DNA of 64,000 nucleotides from Dehalococcoidia bacterium (GTDB lineage: Bacteria > Chloroflexota > Dehalococcoidia > Lucifugimonadales > UBA1127), in the NCBI GenBank assembly GCA_965116355.1, contig OZ220679.1, positions 926,669-990,668 of the forward strand, given 5' to 3'. Made by a program: the position numbers and the translations under genes. How positions within the stretch are numbered: position 1 is the first letter of the stretch; every line of letters starts with the position of its first letter. Of this stretch, positions 34,653 through 44,968 are shown piece by piece. The notes below the pieces were generated by a model. It was not told where the DNA came from. It ran no database searches and was given only the letters and a program-made list of their open reading frames with translations.

Positions 34653-34686
34653 AAGGGCTCCGAGCCGGATGAAGCTCGGAGCCCTT
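34653..34686. terminator. Bidirectional stem-loop between convergent sod and hemL
   Basis: AAGGGCTCCGAGC-8 nt-GCTCGGAGCCCTT forms a 13-bp stem, followed by TTCAATTT. Confidence 0.6.
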
Positions 34687-34708
34687 TCAATTTCCCTTGC
34701 CTGCCGAC

Positions 34709-36001
34709 CTACTCCGACGCCGCCTTCCCCATCGCGACGTCGGCCGCCGCCAGCGTCAGCTCCAGGTCCTCCGGCGTGTGCACCGTCGACACAAACGCCG
34801 ACTCGAACGCCGACGGCGCGAAGTAGACGCCCTGCTCCAGCATCGAGTGAAAGAACCGCGAGTACGCCGCCGCGTCCGAACGCGTCACCGCCTCCCAGCC
34901 GTCCACCGGGCCGGGGTTGAAGAACATGCTGAACAGCGACCCGACGCGGTTGATCGTCACCGGGACCTCGTGCGCGTCCGCCGCCGCCTGCAGACCCGAC
35001 GTCAGCTCCGCCGCCGTCTCTTCGAGCCGCTCGTACACCCCCGGCAGCTCCAGCGACTTCAGCGTCGCGATGCCCGCCGCGACGGCAACCGGGTTCCCCG
35101 AAAGCGTCCCCGCCTGGTACGCGGGCCCCAGCGGCGCGACCTGCTCCATGACCTCGCGCCGCCCGCCGTACGCGCCGATGGGCATCCCGCCGCCGATGAT
35201 CTTGCCGAGCGTCGTCAGGTCCGGCGTCACGCCGTAGATCCCCTGCGCCCCGCCGTGCGCGACACGGAAGCCCGTGATCACCTCGTCGAAGATGAGCAGC
35301 GCCCCGTGTTCGCTCGTTATGTCCCGCAGTCCCTGCAGGAAGCCGTCGTCCGGCGGCACGACGCCCATGTTGCCCGCCACCGGCTCCACGATCACCGCCG
35401 CGATGTCGCCGCCGTGCGCCGCGAACTGCTCCCGCACGCTGTCCATGTCGTTGAAGTCGGCCAGCAGCGTCTCGCCCGCGTACGCGGCCGGCACGCCCGC
35501 GCTATCCGGCACGCTCAGCGTCGCCGCGCCCGAGCCCGCCTTCACCAGCAGCCCGTCCGAGTGCCCGTGGTAGCACCCGACAAACTTCACCACCTTCGAC
35601 CGACCCGTGAACGCCCGCGCCATCCGGATCGCGCTCATGCACGCCTCCGTGCCGGAGTTCACCAGCCGCACCAGCTCGACCGAGGGCAACGCCGCGCAGA
35701 CCAGCCGCGCAAGCTCCACCTCGCCCGGTGTCGGCGCACCGAAGCTCGTCCCCCGGCTCGCCGACTCCTGCACCGCCAGCACCACCGACGGGTGTGCGTG
35801 CCCCAGCACCAGCGGCCCCCACGACGCCAGGTAGTCTACGTACTCGTTGTTGTCCGCGTCCCACACCCGCGAGCCGCGCCCGCGCATGATGAACGGCGGC
35901 TGGCCGCCAACACCCCGGAACGAGCGCACGGGGCTGTTCACCCCGCCCGGAATGACCTTCTGCGCTTCCTCGAACAGCCGCCGAGACAGGTTGTTGTTCA
36001 T
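34709..36001 (-). CDS. hemL: Glutamate-1-semialdehyde 2,1-aminomutase
   Basis: GGVNSPVRSFRGVGG, DYLASWGPLVLGH, IFDEVITGFR and TLGKIIGGG. Confidence 0.9.
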   Translation of the reverse strand: MNNNLSRRLFEEAQKVIPGGVNSPVRSFRGVGGQPPFIMRGRGSRVWDADNNEYVDYLASWGPLVLGHAHPSVVLAVQESASRGTSFGAPTPGEVELARLVCAALPSVELVRLVNSGTEACMSAIRMARAFTGRSKVVKFVGCYHGHSDGLLVKAGSGAATLSVPDSAGVPAAYAGETLLADFNDMDSVREQFAAHGGDIAAVIVEPVAGNMGVVPPDDGFLQGLRDITSEHGALLIFDEVITGFRVAHGGAQGIYGVTPDLTTLGKIIGGGMPIGAYGGRREVMEQVAPLGPAYQAGTLSGNPVAVAAGIATLKSLELPGVYERLEETAAELTSGLQAAADAHEVPVTINRVGSLFSMFFNPGPVDGWEAVTRSDAAAYSRFFHSMLEQGVYFAPSAFESAFVSTVHTPEDLELTLAAADVAMGKAASE

Positions 36002-36044
36002 GGTGAGTCTGTCCTTGTAGAGGTTGAATTTGCGAAACCGCCCG

Positions 36045-36830
36045 TCACGAGGTCTTCCGCCGCGTGAACAGCAGCCCGCTCCACGTGGCGTCGATGGCCG
36101 CCACCTTGTAGTCGACCAGCCCGGCGGCGAGTCCCGCCTCGCGGACCGCCTGCTGCGTCAGGTCCGTCGCCATGCCTGAGGCCCGCTTCGGCCACGCCAT
36201 CCACAGCCCCCCGCGCGCCTCGACGGCGTCCATCGCGCCCGCCAGCCCCGCCTCGAGCTCCGCCATCGACCGCACGAACCACACGCCCAGCGGCCGCGGC
36301 CCCGCGCCGCCCCGCTCCAGCGACGCCCCCTCCGGCAGCGGGCCGAGGGTCTCGTCGAAGTCCTCCGGCGCGTCCAGCAGCGCCACCGTCATCCCGGGCT
36401 TGACGCCCAGCTTCTTGGGCAGCGGCGTACCCGAGTACCCCGCAAACTGCGACTCGGGCACCACCGGCGACTCCGGCGGATGCGCGATCGCCTCCGCCAG
36501 CGCCACGCCGACGTCGTCCCACGCCGCGTAGGCAGCGTCGGGCAGCGCCTCGCGCAGCCGCGCCACCTTCGCCGCGTCGCCCCCCGCGAAGACCATCGGC
36601 ACGTGCCGCGTCGTCTTCCGCTCCCGCAGCGAGATCGCCAGCTCGCGCATGTGCGACGGCACCCGCGTGACGTCGAAGACGTAGGCGTCCGGCGGCATCT
36701 GCCACACCCGCTTCAGCGACTCCCGGTCGTCAATCGGGTCGAAGAGCACGTCGTACCCCAGCGCATGCAGCGCCGCGATGCGCTCCGCCGCCTCAAGCGG
36801 CCGCAGGTGGAGCAGGCGCACCCGCGGCAT
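36045..36830 (-). CDS. DUF3052-family protein with an N-terminal receiver-like domain
   Basis: C-terminal GTPLPKKLGVKPG...LWMAWPKRASGMATDLTQQAVREAGLAAGLVDYKVAAIDATWSGLLF matches DUF3052 as I recall it. ATG 36830 chosen as start. Confidence 0.6.
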   Translation of the reverse strand: MPRVRLLHLRPLEAAERIAALHALGYDVLFDPIDDRESLKRVWQMPPDAYVFDVTRVPSHMRELAISLRERKTTRHVPMVFAGGDAAKVARLREALPDAAYAAWDDVGVALAEAIAHPPESPVVPESQFAGYSGTPLPKKLGVKPGMTVALLDAPEDFDETLGPLPEGASLERGGAGPRPLGVWFVRSMAELEAGLAGAMDAVEARGGLWMAWPKRASGMATDLTQQAVREAGLAAGLVDYKVAAIDATWSGLLFTRRKTS

Positions 36831-36832
36831 GG

Positions 36833-37612
36833 CTAGCCGCTCACCTCGATGTCGATGCCGACCGGGCAGTGGTCGCTCCCCATGACCTCGGGCAGGATGA
36901 AGGCGCCCTTGAGCCGGTCCGCCAGCCCCTCGCTCGCGTAGAAGTAGTCGATGCGCCACCCCACGTTCCGGTCCCGCGCCCGCGTGATCATGTCCCAGTA
37001 CGTGTAGTTCCCCGGCTCCTCGTTGAACATCCGGAACGTGTCCAGGTGCCCGTGCGACAGCAGCCTGTCGATCCACTCCCGCTCGATCTCCAGGAACCCT
37101 GACACGTTCTCGTTCTCCTTCGGCCGCGCCAGGTCGATGGCCTTGTGCGCCGTGTTCACGTCGCCGCAGATGACCACGTTCCGCCCCAACGCCGTCTGCC
37201 CGTCGATGTGCTCCAGGAAGGCGTCGTAGAAGCGCATCTTGTAGTCCAGACGCACGTCTGAGCTCTTGCCGTTCGGGAAGTAGACCGCGTACAGCAGGAA
37301 GTCGCCGTAGTCCGCGATGAGCGTCCGCCCCTCGCTGTCGAACTCGTCGACGCCGAAGCCCGCCGTCACCGACGCCGGCTCCCGTTTCGTGTAGATCGCC
37401 ACGCCGCTGTACCCCTTGCGCTCCGCCGACGCGAAGTAGGCGTGGTAGCCGTCGATCTCCTTCAGCGACGCGGGCAGCTGGTCCGGGTGCGCCTTCGTCT
37501 CCTGGACGCACAGGACGTCCGGGTCCGCCTCCGCCATCCACTCCAGGAACCCCTTCTTGAGCCCCGCGCGGATGCCGTTCACGTTCCACGAGAGCAGTCT
37601 CAGCGTCGCCAT
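36833..37612 (-). CDS. xth: Exodeoxyribonuclease III (AP endonuclease)
   Basis: [25 protein letters not shown] and GSDHCPV. Its start overlaps the hemB stop by 1 nt. Confidence 0.9.
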   Translation of the reverse strand: MATLRLLSWNVNGIRAGLKKGFLEWMAEADPDVLCVQETKAHPDQLPASLKEIDGYHAYFASAERKGYSGVAIYTKREPASVTAGFGVDEFDSEGRTLIADYGDFLLYAVYFPNGKSSDVRLDYKMRFYDAFLEHIDGQTALGRNVVICGDVNTAHKAIDLARPKENENVSGFLEIEREWIDRLLSHGHLDTFRMFNEEPGNYTYWDMITRARDRNVGWRIDYFYASEGLADRLKGAFILPEVMGSDHCPVGIDIEVSG

Positions 37613-38595
37613 TACTCCTCCCTCTGCAGCCAGCGCGCCACGTCCTTGGCGAAGTACGTGATGAGGATGTCGGCCCCCGCGCGACGGATGGCCGTCAGCA
37701 CCTCCATCGCCACGCGCCCCTCGTCGAGCCACCCAAGCTGGCCCGCCGCCTTGATCATGCTGTACTCGCCGCTGACGTTGTAGGCCGCCAGCGGGTGCGG
37801 GAACGCCTCCCGCGCCTGCCGCAGCACGTCCAGGTACGCCAGCGCCGGCTTCACCATCAGGATGTCCGCGCCCTCGGCCGCGTCCTGCTCCAGCTCCCGC
37901 ATCGCCATGCGGGCGTTGGCCGGGTCCATCTGGTACCCCCGCCGGTCGCCCACCTGCGGCGACGAGTCCGCCGCGACGCGGAACGGCCCGTAGAACGCCG
38001 ACGCGTACTTCGACGCGTACGCCATCACCGGCGTGTCCTCGAACCCCGCCGCGTCCAGCGCCGAGCGTATCGCCGCCACCTGCCCGTCCATCATCGCCGA
38101 CGGCGCGACGACGTCCGCCCCCGCCTCGGCGTGCGAGACCGCCGTCTTCGCGAGCAGCTCCAGCGTCGCGTCGTTGTCGACCGTCGCCCCGTCGAGGATG
38201 CCGCAGTGCCCGTGGTCCGTGTACTCGCACAGGCACACGTCCGTGACCACCGCCAGCCCCGGCACGGCCGCCTTGACGGCCCGCACCGCCTCCTGCACGA
38301 CGCCCGTCGGAGCGTACGCCTGCGTCCCCACGCCGTCCTTCTCGTTCGGCAGCCCGAACAGCAGCACCGCCGGGATCCCCAGCGACGCCACCTCCCGCGC
38401 CTCGTCCGCCAGCGCCGAGACCGGCAGCTGGTAGCACCCCGGCATCGGCTCGATGGGCGTCGGCGCGCCCCCGGCCTCCGTCACGAAGAGCGGGTAGACG
38501 AACGACGACGGCGAGAGCCGCGTCTCCTGCGCCAGCCGCCGCACCGCTTCCGAGCCGCGCAGCCGCCGCAACCGGACCGTTGGAAACCCTGCCAT
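37612..38595 (-). CDS. hemB: Porphobilinogen synthase (delta-aminolevulinate dehydratase)
   Basis: [30 protein letters not shown] and YNVSGEY. Confidence 0.9.
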   Translation of the reverse strand: MAGFPTVRLRRLRGSEAVRRLAQETRLSPSSFVYPLFVTEAGGAPTPIEPMPGCYQLPVSALADEAREVASLGIPAVLLFGLPNEKDGVGTQAYAPTGVVQEAVRAVKAAVPGLAVVTDVCLCEYTDHGHCGILDGATVDNDATLELLAKTAVSHAEAGADVVAPSAMMDGQVAAIRSALDAAGFEDTPVMAYASKYASAFYGPFRVAADSSPQVGDRRGYQMDPANARMAMRELEQDAAEGADILMVKPALAYLDVLRQAREAFPHPLAAYNVSGEYSMIKAAGQLGWLDEGRVAMEVLTAIRRAGADILITYFAKDVARWLQREE

Positions 38596-38628
38596 GACTC
38601 CCTCCGAGACCTCTCTGACCCCATTACT

Positions 38629-40155
38629 CTAGACTACGGCCCCCTGTCGGGCGAACCACCCCTCCAGCGCCGCAACCATGCCCGGGATGGTGTACTCCTC
38701 GCCCACGGCGTCCACACGAACGCCGAGCCCGCGCGCCGTCTCCGCCGTCACCGGCCCGATGCACGCCACCGCACACTCGTTTACAAAGGTTGGGTCTCCA
38801 CCCAGCGCGTCCACCAGCCCCCGCACCGTCGACGAGCTCGCGAACGTTACCGCGTCCACGCCCTCAGCGAAGACGGCCTTGGCCCGCTCAGCCACGTCCT
38901 CCCCCGGCGCCGCGCGGTACAGCAGCGCCTCATCCACCGAGGCGCCCGCCTTCTGCAGCTCCTCGATGAGCACGCTCCGCCCGCCCTCGGCCCGCGGCAG
39001 CAGCACCCGGTCGCCCGTCGACAGCATCGGCGCGAGCCCCGCGGCCAGCGCCTCCGCGACGTACGATTCCGGCATGTAGTCGGCTCTGATCCCGTGCTCT
39101 GCCAGCGCCCGCGCCGTCCCCGGCCCGATGACCGCCAGCCGCACGCCGCCGAGCGCCCGCGCGTCGAGCCCGCGCGCCGCAAGCCGGTCGAAGAACAGCC
39201 CGACGCCGTTCGCGCTCGTGAATACCAGCCACGCGTACTCGCCGATGTTCGCCAGCGCCCTGTCGAGCGTCGCCGCGCTGTCCAGCGGCTCCACTACGAT
39301 GACCGGCAGCTCCACCGGCACGGCCCCCCGCGATGCCAGCAGCGCGCTCAGCGCCGACGCCTGCTGCCGCGTTCGCGTCACCAGCACCCGCTTGCCGAAG
39401 AGCGGGCTTGTGTCGAACCACCGCAGCTGCTCCCGCATCGCCGCCACCTGCCCGACGATCGTCACCGCCGGCGGCCGCAGTCCCGCGTCCTGCACCCGCT
39501 CCACCACCGTCGCCAAATCGGCCGACACCGACTGCTGCTGCGGAGTCGAGCCCCACTCGACCACGCACACCGGCGTGTCCGGCGGCTTGCCCGCCGACGT
39601 CAGCGCGCCCACCACTGACGGCAGCGTCTCGACGCCCATGAGCACCACCAGCGTGTCCACGCGCGCCATCGCCGCCCAGTCGACGCCCGACGCCGCCCGC
39701 GAGGGGTCCTCGCTGCCCGTCACCACGGCGAAGCTCGCCGCCATCTTGCGCTGCGTCACCGGGATCCCCGCGTACGCCGCCGCCGCGATGGCCGACGTGA
39801 CCCCCGGCACCACCTCGAACGGCACCGAGGCCGCCGCCAGCGCCAGCGCCTCCTCGCCCCCGCGCCCGAAGACGAACGGGTCGCCGCCCTTCAGCCGCAC
39901 CACCCGCTTCCCCGCCGCGCCGTGCTCGACCAGCAGCGCGCTGATCTCCTCCTGCGACATCAGGTGGTCGCCGCGCCGCTTGCCCGCGTTGATCACCAGC
40001 GCGTCCGGCCGCGCGTGCTCCAGCAACTGCTCCGCGATGAGCCGGTCGTGCACAACGACGTCCGCCGCCTGCAGCAGCGCCAGCCCCTTGGCCGTGATGA
40101 GCCCCGGGTCCCCCGGGCCCGCGCCCACCAGCGAGACCATCCCAAGGCCGCTCAT
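38629..40155 (-). CDS. cobA-hemD: Uroporphyrinogen-III C-methyltransferase / uroporphyrinogen-III synthase fusion
   Basis: N-terminal VSLVGAGPGDPGLIT...VVRLKGGDPFVFGRGGEE (SUMT), then a HemD-like half (VLVTR...FTSANGV...FASSSTV). ATG 40155 overlaps the hemC stop (ATGA). Confidence 0.85.
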   Translation of the reverse strand: MSGLGMVSLVGAGPGDPGLITAKGLALLQAADVVVHDRLIAEQLLEHARPDALVINAGKRRGDHLMSQEEISALLVEHGAAGKRVVRLKGGDPFVFGRGGEEALALAAASVPFEVVPGVTSAIAAAAYAGIPVTQRKMAASFAVVTGSEDPSRAASGVDWAAMARVDTLVVLMGVETLPSVVGALTSAGKPPDTPVCVVEWGSTPQQQSVSADLATVVERVQDAGLRPPAVTIVGQVAAMREQLRWFDTSPLFGKRVLVTRTRQQASALSALLASRGAVPVELPVIVVEPLDSAATLDRALANIGEYAWLVFTSANGVGLFFDRLAARGLDARALGGVRLAVIGPGTARALAEHGIRADYMPESYVAEALAAGLAPMLSTGDRVLLPRAEGGRSVLIEELQKAGASVDEALLYRAAPGEDVAERAKAVFAEGVDAVTFASSSTVRGLVDALGGDPTFVNECAVACIGPVTAETARGLGVRVDAVGEEYTIPGMVAALEGWFARQGAVV

Positions 40156-41081
40156 GCCCCGGCCTCCTCGAGCAACTCCGACGCACCCTGCTCCAGCAGC
40201 GTTTGCGCCAGCTTCGCACCGAGGCCCTCGGACTCCCGCGCCTCGCCTGCTACGTAGTCCCTGTAGGAATACATGCCGTCGACGCTTGCCACCATGCCCA
40301 CGACGCGGATGTAGTCGTTCATCACGCTCCCGAAGCACGCCATCGGCGTCCGGCACCCGCCGCCCATCGCGCGCAGGAAGGCGCGCTCCGCCGTCACCTC
40401 CCACCGCGTCGCAGTGTGCTCGATGGCCGAAAGCATCCCGAGCAGCTCCTCGTCATCCGACCGCGCCTGCAGCGCGATCGCCCCCTGCCCCACGGCGGGT
40501 ATGAACGTCATCGGGTCCAGCCGCTCCGTCGCCTCGTCCTCGCGCCCCAGCCGCACCAGCCCGGCCGCCGCGAGCACCAGCGCGTCGTACTGCCCCTCGT
40601 GCATCTTCCGTATCCGCGTGCCCACGTTCCCCCGAACGCTCTCGACGGCGAGGTCCGGCCGCAGCGAGCGCACCAGCGCCGCCCTCCGCGGGCTCCCCGT
40701 CCCGACGACCGCGCCCGGCGGCAGCTCGGCCAGCGTCGCGCCGGTGCGGCTCACGAGCACGTCGCACGGGTCCTCGCGTTCCAGCACGGAGGCTATCGTC
40801 AGCCCCGCCGGCTCCGTCGCCGACATGTCCTTCAGGCTGTGCGCGGCCATGTCGATGCGCCCGTCCAGCAGCGCCGCCTCCAGCTCCTTGGTGAACACGC
40901 CGAGCCCAAGCTCCGAGAGGGGCGTCTCCTGGGAAGCGTCTCCGGTGGTGGTCACGACCTGCACGTCGACGGTGATGTCGGGGTATTTGGCCTGCAGCGC
41001 TTCGACGGCCCGTTGCGCCTGCGCCAGCGCAAGGGGGCTGCCGCGCGTCCCCACGACGATGCGGCTGCGCAGTCCGCTCAT
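40152..41081 (-). CDS. hemC: Hydroxymethylbilane synthase (porphobilinogen deaminase)
   Basis: IVVGTRGSPLALAQA, GTGSPRR, GNVGTR and GGCRTP. Confidence 0.9.
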   Translation of the reverse strand: MSGLRSRIVVGTRGSPLALAQAQRAVEALQAKYPDITVDVQVVTTTGDASQETPLSELGLGVFTKELEAALLDGRIDMAAHSLKDMSATEPAGLTIASVLEREDPCDVLVSRTGATLAELPPGAVVGTGSPRRAALVRSLRPDLAVESVRGNVGTRIRKMHEGQYDALVLAAAGLVRLGREDEATERLDPMTFIPAVGQGAIALQARSDDEELLGMLSAIEHTATRWEVTAERAFLRAMGGGCRTPMACFGSVMNDYIRVVGMVASVDGMYSYRDYVAGEARESEGLGAKLAQTLLEQGASELLEEAGA

Positions 41082-41083
41082 GG

Positions 41084-42397
41084 CTACACCCGCTCGGCGG
41101 AGGTCCCGCTCGGGTCTTCCTCCACGTCGCCGTCAGCCGGCTCGCCGTCCGGCTGCGCCTCGTCCAGCCGGAAGAGCCACCGCAGCGTCTGGATGTCCTC
41201 CGGGCGGCCCTCGGCCTTCACCCGCGTCACGGGGTTGTGCAGCAGCTTGTTGACCAGCGCACGGCTCAGCGCCGCCACCGTCTCCTGGTCGGCGTCCGTC
41301 AGGTGCGAGAGCCGCCGCAGCGCCCGCTCCAGCTCCCGCTCCCGCAGCGACTCCGCCTGCTCCCGCAGGTCCACCAGCGTCGGCACCACCCGCAGCGAGT
41401 CCCACCACTCGTGGAACCGCGTCACTTCCTCCTCGACGATGGCCTCCACCCGCGCGGCCTCCAGCTTGCGCCGCTGCCGGTTCACCTCCGCCACCCGGTC
41501 GAGGTCGCTCATGTCCGCCAGCGTCACCCCCGCGACGTCCCGCACCGCCGGGTCGACGTCCCGGGGCAGCGCCGCGTCCAGCAGCAGCAGCGGCCTGCCG
41601 TTCCGCGACGCGCCCGCCACGTCCGCACGCGTCACCACGTAGTCCAGCGACCCCGTGGCCGAGATCACGACGTCGTGCGTGGCCAGCGCCGGCTGCAACT
41701 CGTCCAGCGGCAGCACCTCGGCCCCGCCCAGGTCCTCGGCCAGCTCCGCCGCCCGGTGCGGCGTGCGGTTCATCACCGTCAGCCGGCCGATGCCCGCGTT
41801 CTGCAGCGCCAGCGCCGCCAGCCGGCCCGCCTCGCCCGCGCCGACGACGAGCCCGTGCGCCCCGTCCAGCCGGCCCAGCGTCCGCCGAGCCAGCTCCACG
41901 AAGGCGTAGCTCACCGACTGTGCGTTCCGCCCGATGTCCGTGTCGTGCCGCGCCCGCTTGCCGACGCGCAGGGCCTGGTGGAACGCGTGCGTCAGCGGCG
42001 AGTGCGCCGTCTTCGCCGCAACCGCCGCCCCGAAGGCCTCCCGCACCTGCCCCAGCACCTCGGACTCGCCGAGGATCATGGAGTCCAGGCTGCACGTCAC
42101 CCGGAACAGGTGCCGCGCCGCCGCGTCGTGGTGGTGCGCGTACACGTACGGCGCCACGTCGTCGTACCCGATGCCGTATGCCGCCAGCGTCCTCGCCGCC
42201 GCCTCGCGGGCGTCCTCGACGTCCTCCGCCAGCGTGTAGAACTCCGTCCGGTTGCACGTGTGCAGCACGACCGAGTGACCCGAAGCTTCCGCCAGCCGCC
42301 GGTTCGCGCCCGCCAGGTCCCCGCCCACGACGGCGAGCTGCTCCAGCGCCTCCAGCGGCGCCGTGCGGTGGTTCACTCCGACGACGGCCAGCTTCAC
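41084..42397 (-). CDS. hemA: Glutamyl-tRNA reductase
   Basis: VVGVNHRTAPLE, VLHTCNRTE, GESEVLGQV and VVGAGEAG. GTG 42397 overlaps the upstream stop (GTGA). Confidence 0.9.
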   Translation of the reverse strand: MKLAVVGVNHRTAPLEALEQLAVVGGDLAGANRRLAEASGHSVVLHTCNRTEFYTLAEDVEDAREAAARTLAAYGIGYDDVAPYVYAHHHDAAARHLFRVTCSLDSMILGESEVLGQVREAFGAAVAAKTAHSPLTHAFHQALRVGKRARHDTDIGRNAQSVSYAFVELARRTLGRLDGAHGLVVGAGEAGRLAALALQNAGIGRLTVMNRTPHRAAELAEDLGGAEVLPLDELQPALATHDVVISATGSLDYVVTRADVAGASRNGRPLLLLDAALPRDVDPAVRDVAGVTLADMSDLDRVAEVNRQRRKLEAARVEAIVEEEVTRFHEWWDSLRVVPTLVDLREQAESLRERELERALRRLSHLTDADQETVAALSRALVNKLLHNPVTRVKAEGRPEDIQTLRWLFRLDEAQPDGEPADGDVEEDPSGTSAERV

Positions 42398-43068
42398 GAC
42401 GCCACCGCCTTGGCCCAGTGCGGCCACGACTCCAGCAGCTCCGTCAGCCGCGCCTCCGCGCGCTCGCGGTCGCCGCTCTGGAACAGCTCCAGCACCTCGG
42501 CGTTCAGCGACGCCTGCCAGCCCTCCGGGTCGACGGTCACCGACCGCCCCCGCAGGTCCGCCCGTACGCGCGCCGTCATCTTGGCGAGGTCCGCGAAGGC
42601 CAGCGCGTCGTTCGCCTCCAGCGACTCCCGCAGCTTCCGCGCCAGCGCCGGCGCCAGCCCGCCCGTCGACATCGCCAGCGTCACCGGCCCCCGCCGAACG
42701 ATGCTCGGTGCGATGAACGTGCACAGGTGCGTCACGTCGACGACGTTCAGCGGCACGTTCCGCTCCGTCGCCTCCCGCGACACCGCTTCGTTCACGTCAG
42801 AGTCGTCCGTCGCCGCGATGGCGATGAACGCCCCCGCGAGATCGCCCGGCTCGTAGGCCCGCTCGATCAGCGTCACCTCGCCGGCGTCCGCCAGCGCGCG
42901 CACGCCCGCCGTGCACTCCGGCGCCACGACCGTCACCGCGGCGCCGGCGTCCAGCAGCCCCTCCACCTTGCGCTCCGCGATCGTCCCCCCGCCGATGACG
43001 ACGCACCGCCGCCCCTCGACCGTGAGGAACACCGGGTAGTGCTTGTTGGTGGCCGTCCGTTGCGCCAT
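42394..43068 (-). CDS. sirC: Precorrin-2 dehydrogenase / sirohydrochlorin ferrochelatase (siroheme synthase N-terminal type)
   Basis: YPVFLTVEGRRCVVIGGGTIAERKVEGLLDAGAAVTVVAPE. Confidence 0.8.
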   Translation of the reverse strand: MAQRTATNKHYPVFLTVEGRRCVVIGGGTIAERKVEGLLDAGAAVTVVAPECTAGVRALADAGEVTLIERAYEPGDLAGAFIAIAATDDSDVNEAVSREATERNVPLNVVDVTHLCTFIAPSIVRRGPVTLAMSTGGLAPALARKLRESLEANDALAFADLAKMTARVRADLRGRSVTVDPEGWQASLNAEVLELFQSGDRERAEARLTELLESWPHWAKAVAS

Positions 43069-43097
43069 GCGATTAAGCTCTCCGGTTGCCCGCGCCC

Positions 43098-44174
43098 CTA
43101 CACGAAGTAGCGGACGCGCGTCTTCTTGTACTCGCGCGTGCTGTACAGCAGGATGTAGTCGTCGACGCCCGTCAGCTCGCTCAGCTCCTTCGCGACCGCC
43201 TCGCACCGCGCGCGGCTCGTCGCGTGGATCATCGCGAAGTGGCTGTACGGCCAGTCCTCGAACACCGGCCGCTCGTAGCAGTGGCTCACCCACCGCGAGT
43301 TCGCCAGCGCCTGCCCGACCTCCAGCTTCCGCTCCTCGGGCACCCGCCACACGCTCATCGCGTTGGAGCGGAAGCCCGCCTTCCGGTGGTGCAGCACCGC
43401 GCTGTACCGCCGCATCACGCCCCGCGCCTCGAAATCGCGCATGATGTCGAACAGGCCCGCCGGCGTCAGCCCCAGCCGCGACGCCATCTTGTCGAACGGC
43501 CGCACGTCCAGCGACAGGTCCTCCTGCACCTCGCGCACCACCTCGATCTCGTACTCCGTCAGGGGCTCCACCTGGTTCCACCGCGCGTTGTCCGGGCGGT
43601 AGTCGGCGGCGTTCCCCTCCTCGTTGACCATGTCGAAGTTCACGCCGATCTTGAAGAAGCGCAGTGTCGGCAGCAGCCGCCATGACTCGACGTGCGTCTC
43701 CTCCGCCATCCGCGCCGCCGTCTCCTCCAGGCTCTCGTACGGCGGCACCGCAAGCGTGAACCACAGGTTGTACTCGTGCCCCACCCGCGCGTAGTTGTGG
43801 CTGACGCCCGGGTGCTTGTTGATGGCCAGCGCGCCCTTGTGCAGCAGCTCTTCCGGGTACCGGAACGCGATGAGCGACGTTTTGTAGCCCAGCCGCCGTG
43901 TGTCGAAGATGCCGCTGATCTGCCGCACCACGTTCTCCCGCCGCATCCGACGGATCCGCTCGATGACGTCGTCCTCCTCCATCTCCAGCTCCCGCCCGAT
44001 GGCCAGGTACGGCCGCTCGTCCATCGGGAACGCCGTCTGGATGACGTTCAGCACCTGCCGGTCCTGCAGGTCCATCTCCGCCGAGCGGGTGTCCTCTGCC
44101 GGCACAGCCTGTGCCGCCGGCACGGCGCTAGGCGCCTGCCTTGTTGCCATTTCGGCTCCTTTCGTACGCGTCAA
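43098..44174 (-). CDS. ahbAB: Siroheme decarboxylase-like protein (fused AhbA/AhbB, NirD/L-type Lrp/AsnC-like domains)
   Basis: Two tandem modules. VLNVIQTAFPMDERPYLAIGRELEMEEDDVIERIRRM...ISGIFDTRRLGYKTSL is followed by a second similar half. Start is uncertain (44174, 44150 or 44075). Confidence 0.65.
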   Translation of the reverse strand: MTRTKGAEMATRQAPSAVPAAQAVPAEDTRSAEMDLQDRQVLNVIQTAFPMDERPYLAIGRELEMEEDDVIERIRRMRRENVVRQISGIFDTRRLGYKTSLIAFRYPEELLHKGALAINKHPGVSHNYARVGHEYNLWFTLAVPPYESLEETAARMAEETHVESWRLLPTLRFFKIGVNFDMVNEEGNAADYRPDNARWNQVEPLTEYEIEVVREVQEDLSLDVRPFDKMASRLGLTPAGLFDIMRDFEARGVMRRYSAVLHHRKAGFRSNAMSVWRVPEERKLEVGQALANSRWVSHCYERPVFEDWPYSHFAMIHATSRARCEAVAKELSELTGVDDYILLYSTREYKKTRVRYFV

Positions 44175-44808
44175 CCATGGCGATCATGATCACGTCGGCT
44201 ATCGTCTCCACCTGGTGCCACGCCTGCGCCAGCGTATCGGCGTCCGACGGCCCGCGACGCGCCATCGACCGCACCGACTCGGTCAGCGGAGTCCGGAAGA
44301 ACACGAACGCCTCCATCAGCTCCCTCAGGCTCAGCCCCCGTTGCGTCAGCGCCTCGCCGTACTCCTCGCCGATGACCCGGACCTCGTCCAGCGCCTGCGC
44401 CGAGGGCCGCTTGCGCTCCAGCAGGCTTTCCGTCACGTCCAGCAGCCGCCGCCCGAACAGCCGAAGCCGCCCACGCGTGGCCTCGTCCATCTCCTCGTAC
44501 CACGGGAAGCTCACCAGCCGGTCGCCGTGGATGAGCCGGCGGATCCGCCGCGTCGTCACCGTCGTGATCGTCTGCGACGGCATCACCCGCCCCGACGGCG
44601 ACTCCGCCGCGCGCTGCATCGCCGCCACCAGGTCCTCGCGAAGGAACCGGCGGTGGCCGCCCGGCGTCCGGAACGCGCGAATGACGCCCTGGTCCGCCCA
44701 GTTTCGCAGCGTCGACTCATTCACGCCCAGCATCCGGCAGGCGCCGCCCAGCGACACCCACCGCCCGCTTGTCTGCCGTCGCTCCGTCTGCTGCATCCCG
44801 ACTCGCAA
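44128..44808 (-). CDS. MerR/excisionase-type HTH transcriptional regulator with an uncharacterised C-terminal domain
   Basis: VSLGGACRMLGVNESTLRNWADQGVIRAFRTPGGHRRF. Confidence 0.65.
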   Translation of the reverse strand: MRVGMQQTERRQTSGRWVSLGGACRMLGVNESTLRNWADQGVIRAFRTPGGHRRFLREDLVAAMQRAAESPSGRVMPSQTITTVTTRRIRRLIHGDRLVSFPWYEEMDEATRGRLRLFGRRLLDVTESLLERKRPSAQALDEVRVIGEEYGEALTQRGLSLRELMEAFVFFRTPLTESVRSMARRGPSDADTLAQAWHQVETIADVIMIAMVDAYERSRNGNKAGA

Positions 44809-44968
44809 AAAATCTAGGGAAATCTAAGGATTCTTGGGTTTTGGCAAAACTATACAAAGGTATCATGTACGGTAGTGAACGTCAACACAAACTACGGAGT
44901 CCCTTCCTCCCCTCGCGGGGGGAGGTGAGAGCCTGCCCGCACTCGATTAGGGTTGGGGTGTTTTCCCC

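Noticed and set aside
30371-44189. Many very long ORFs in the track that overlap the recognisable genes on the opposite strand or in other frames. Examples: 30371..32110 +, 32269..33876 -, 32453..33646 +, 34697..36067 +, 37795..39618 +, 39128..40504 +, 40203..41642 +, 41237..42856 +, 41920..43110 +.
   Set aside because: Their translations are dominated by Arg/Pro/Gly/Ala with no motifs. Each overlaps a gene with clear family signatures (int, otsA, hemL, hemB, cobA-hemD, hemC, hemA, sirC). This is typical stop-codon depletion in GC-rich DNA.
44906-44925. The hairpin CCTCCCC-6 nt-GGGGAGG downstream of the CoA-transferase gene, considered as a terminator.
   Set aside because: The stem is short and no U-tract follows on the relevant (minus) strand. 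Evidence is too weak.
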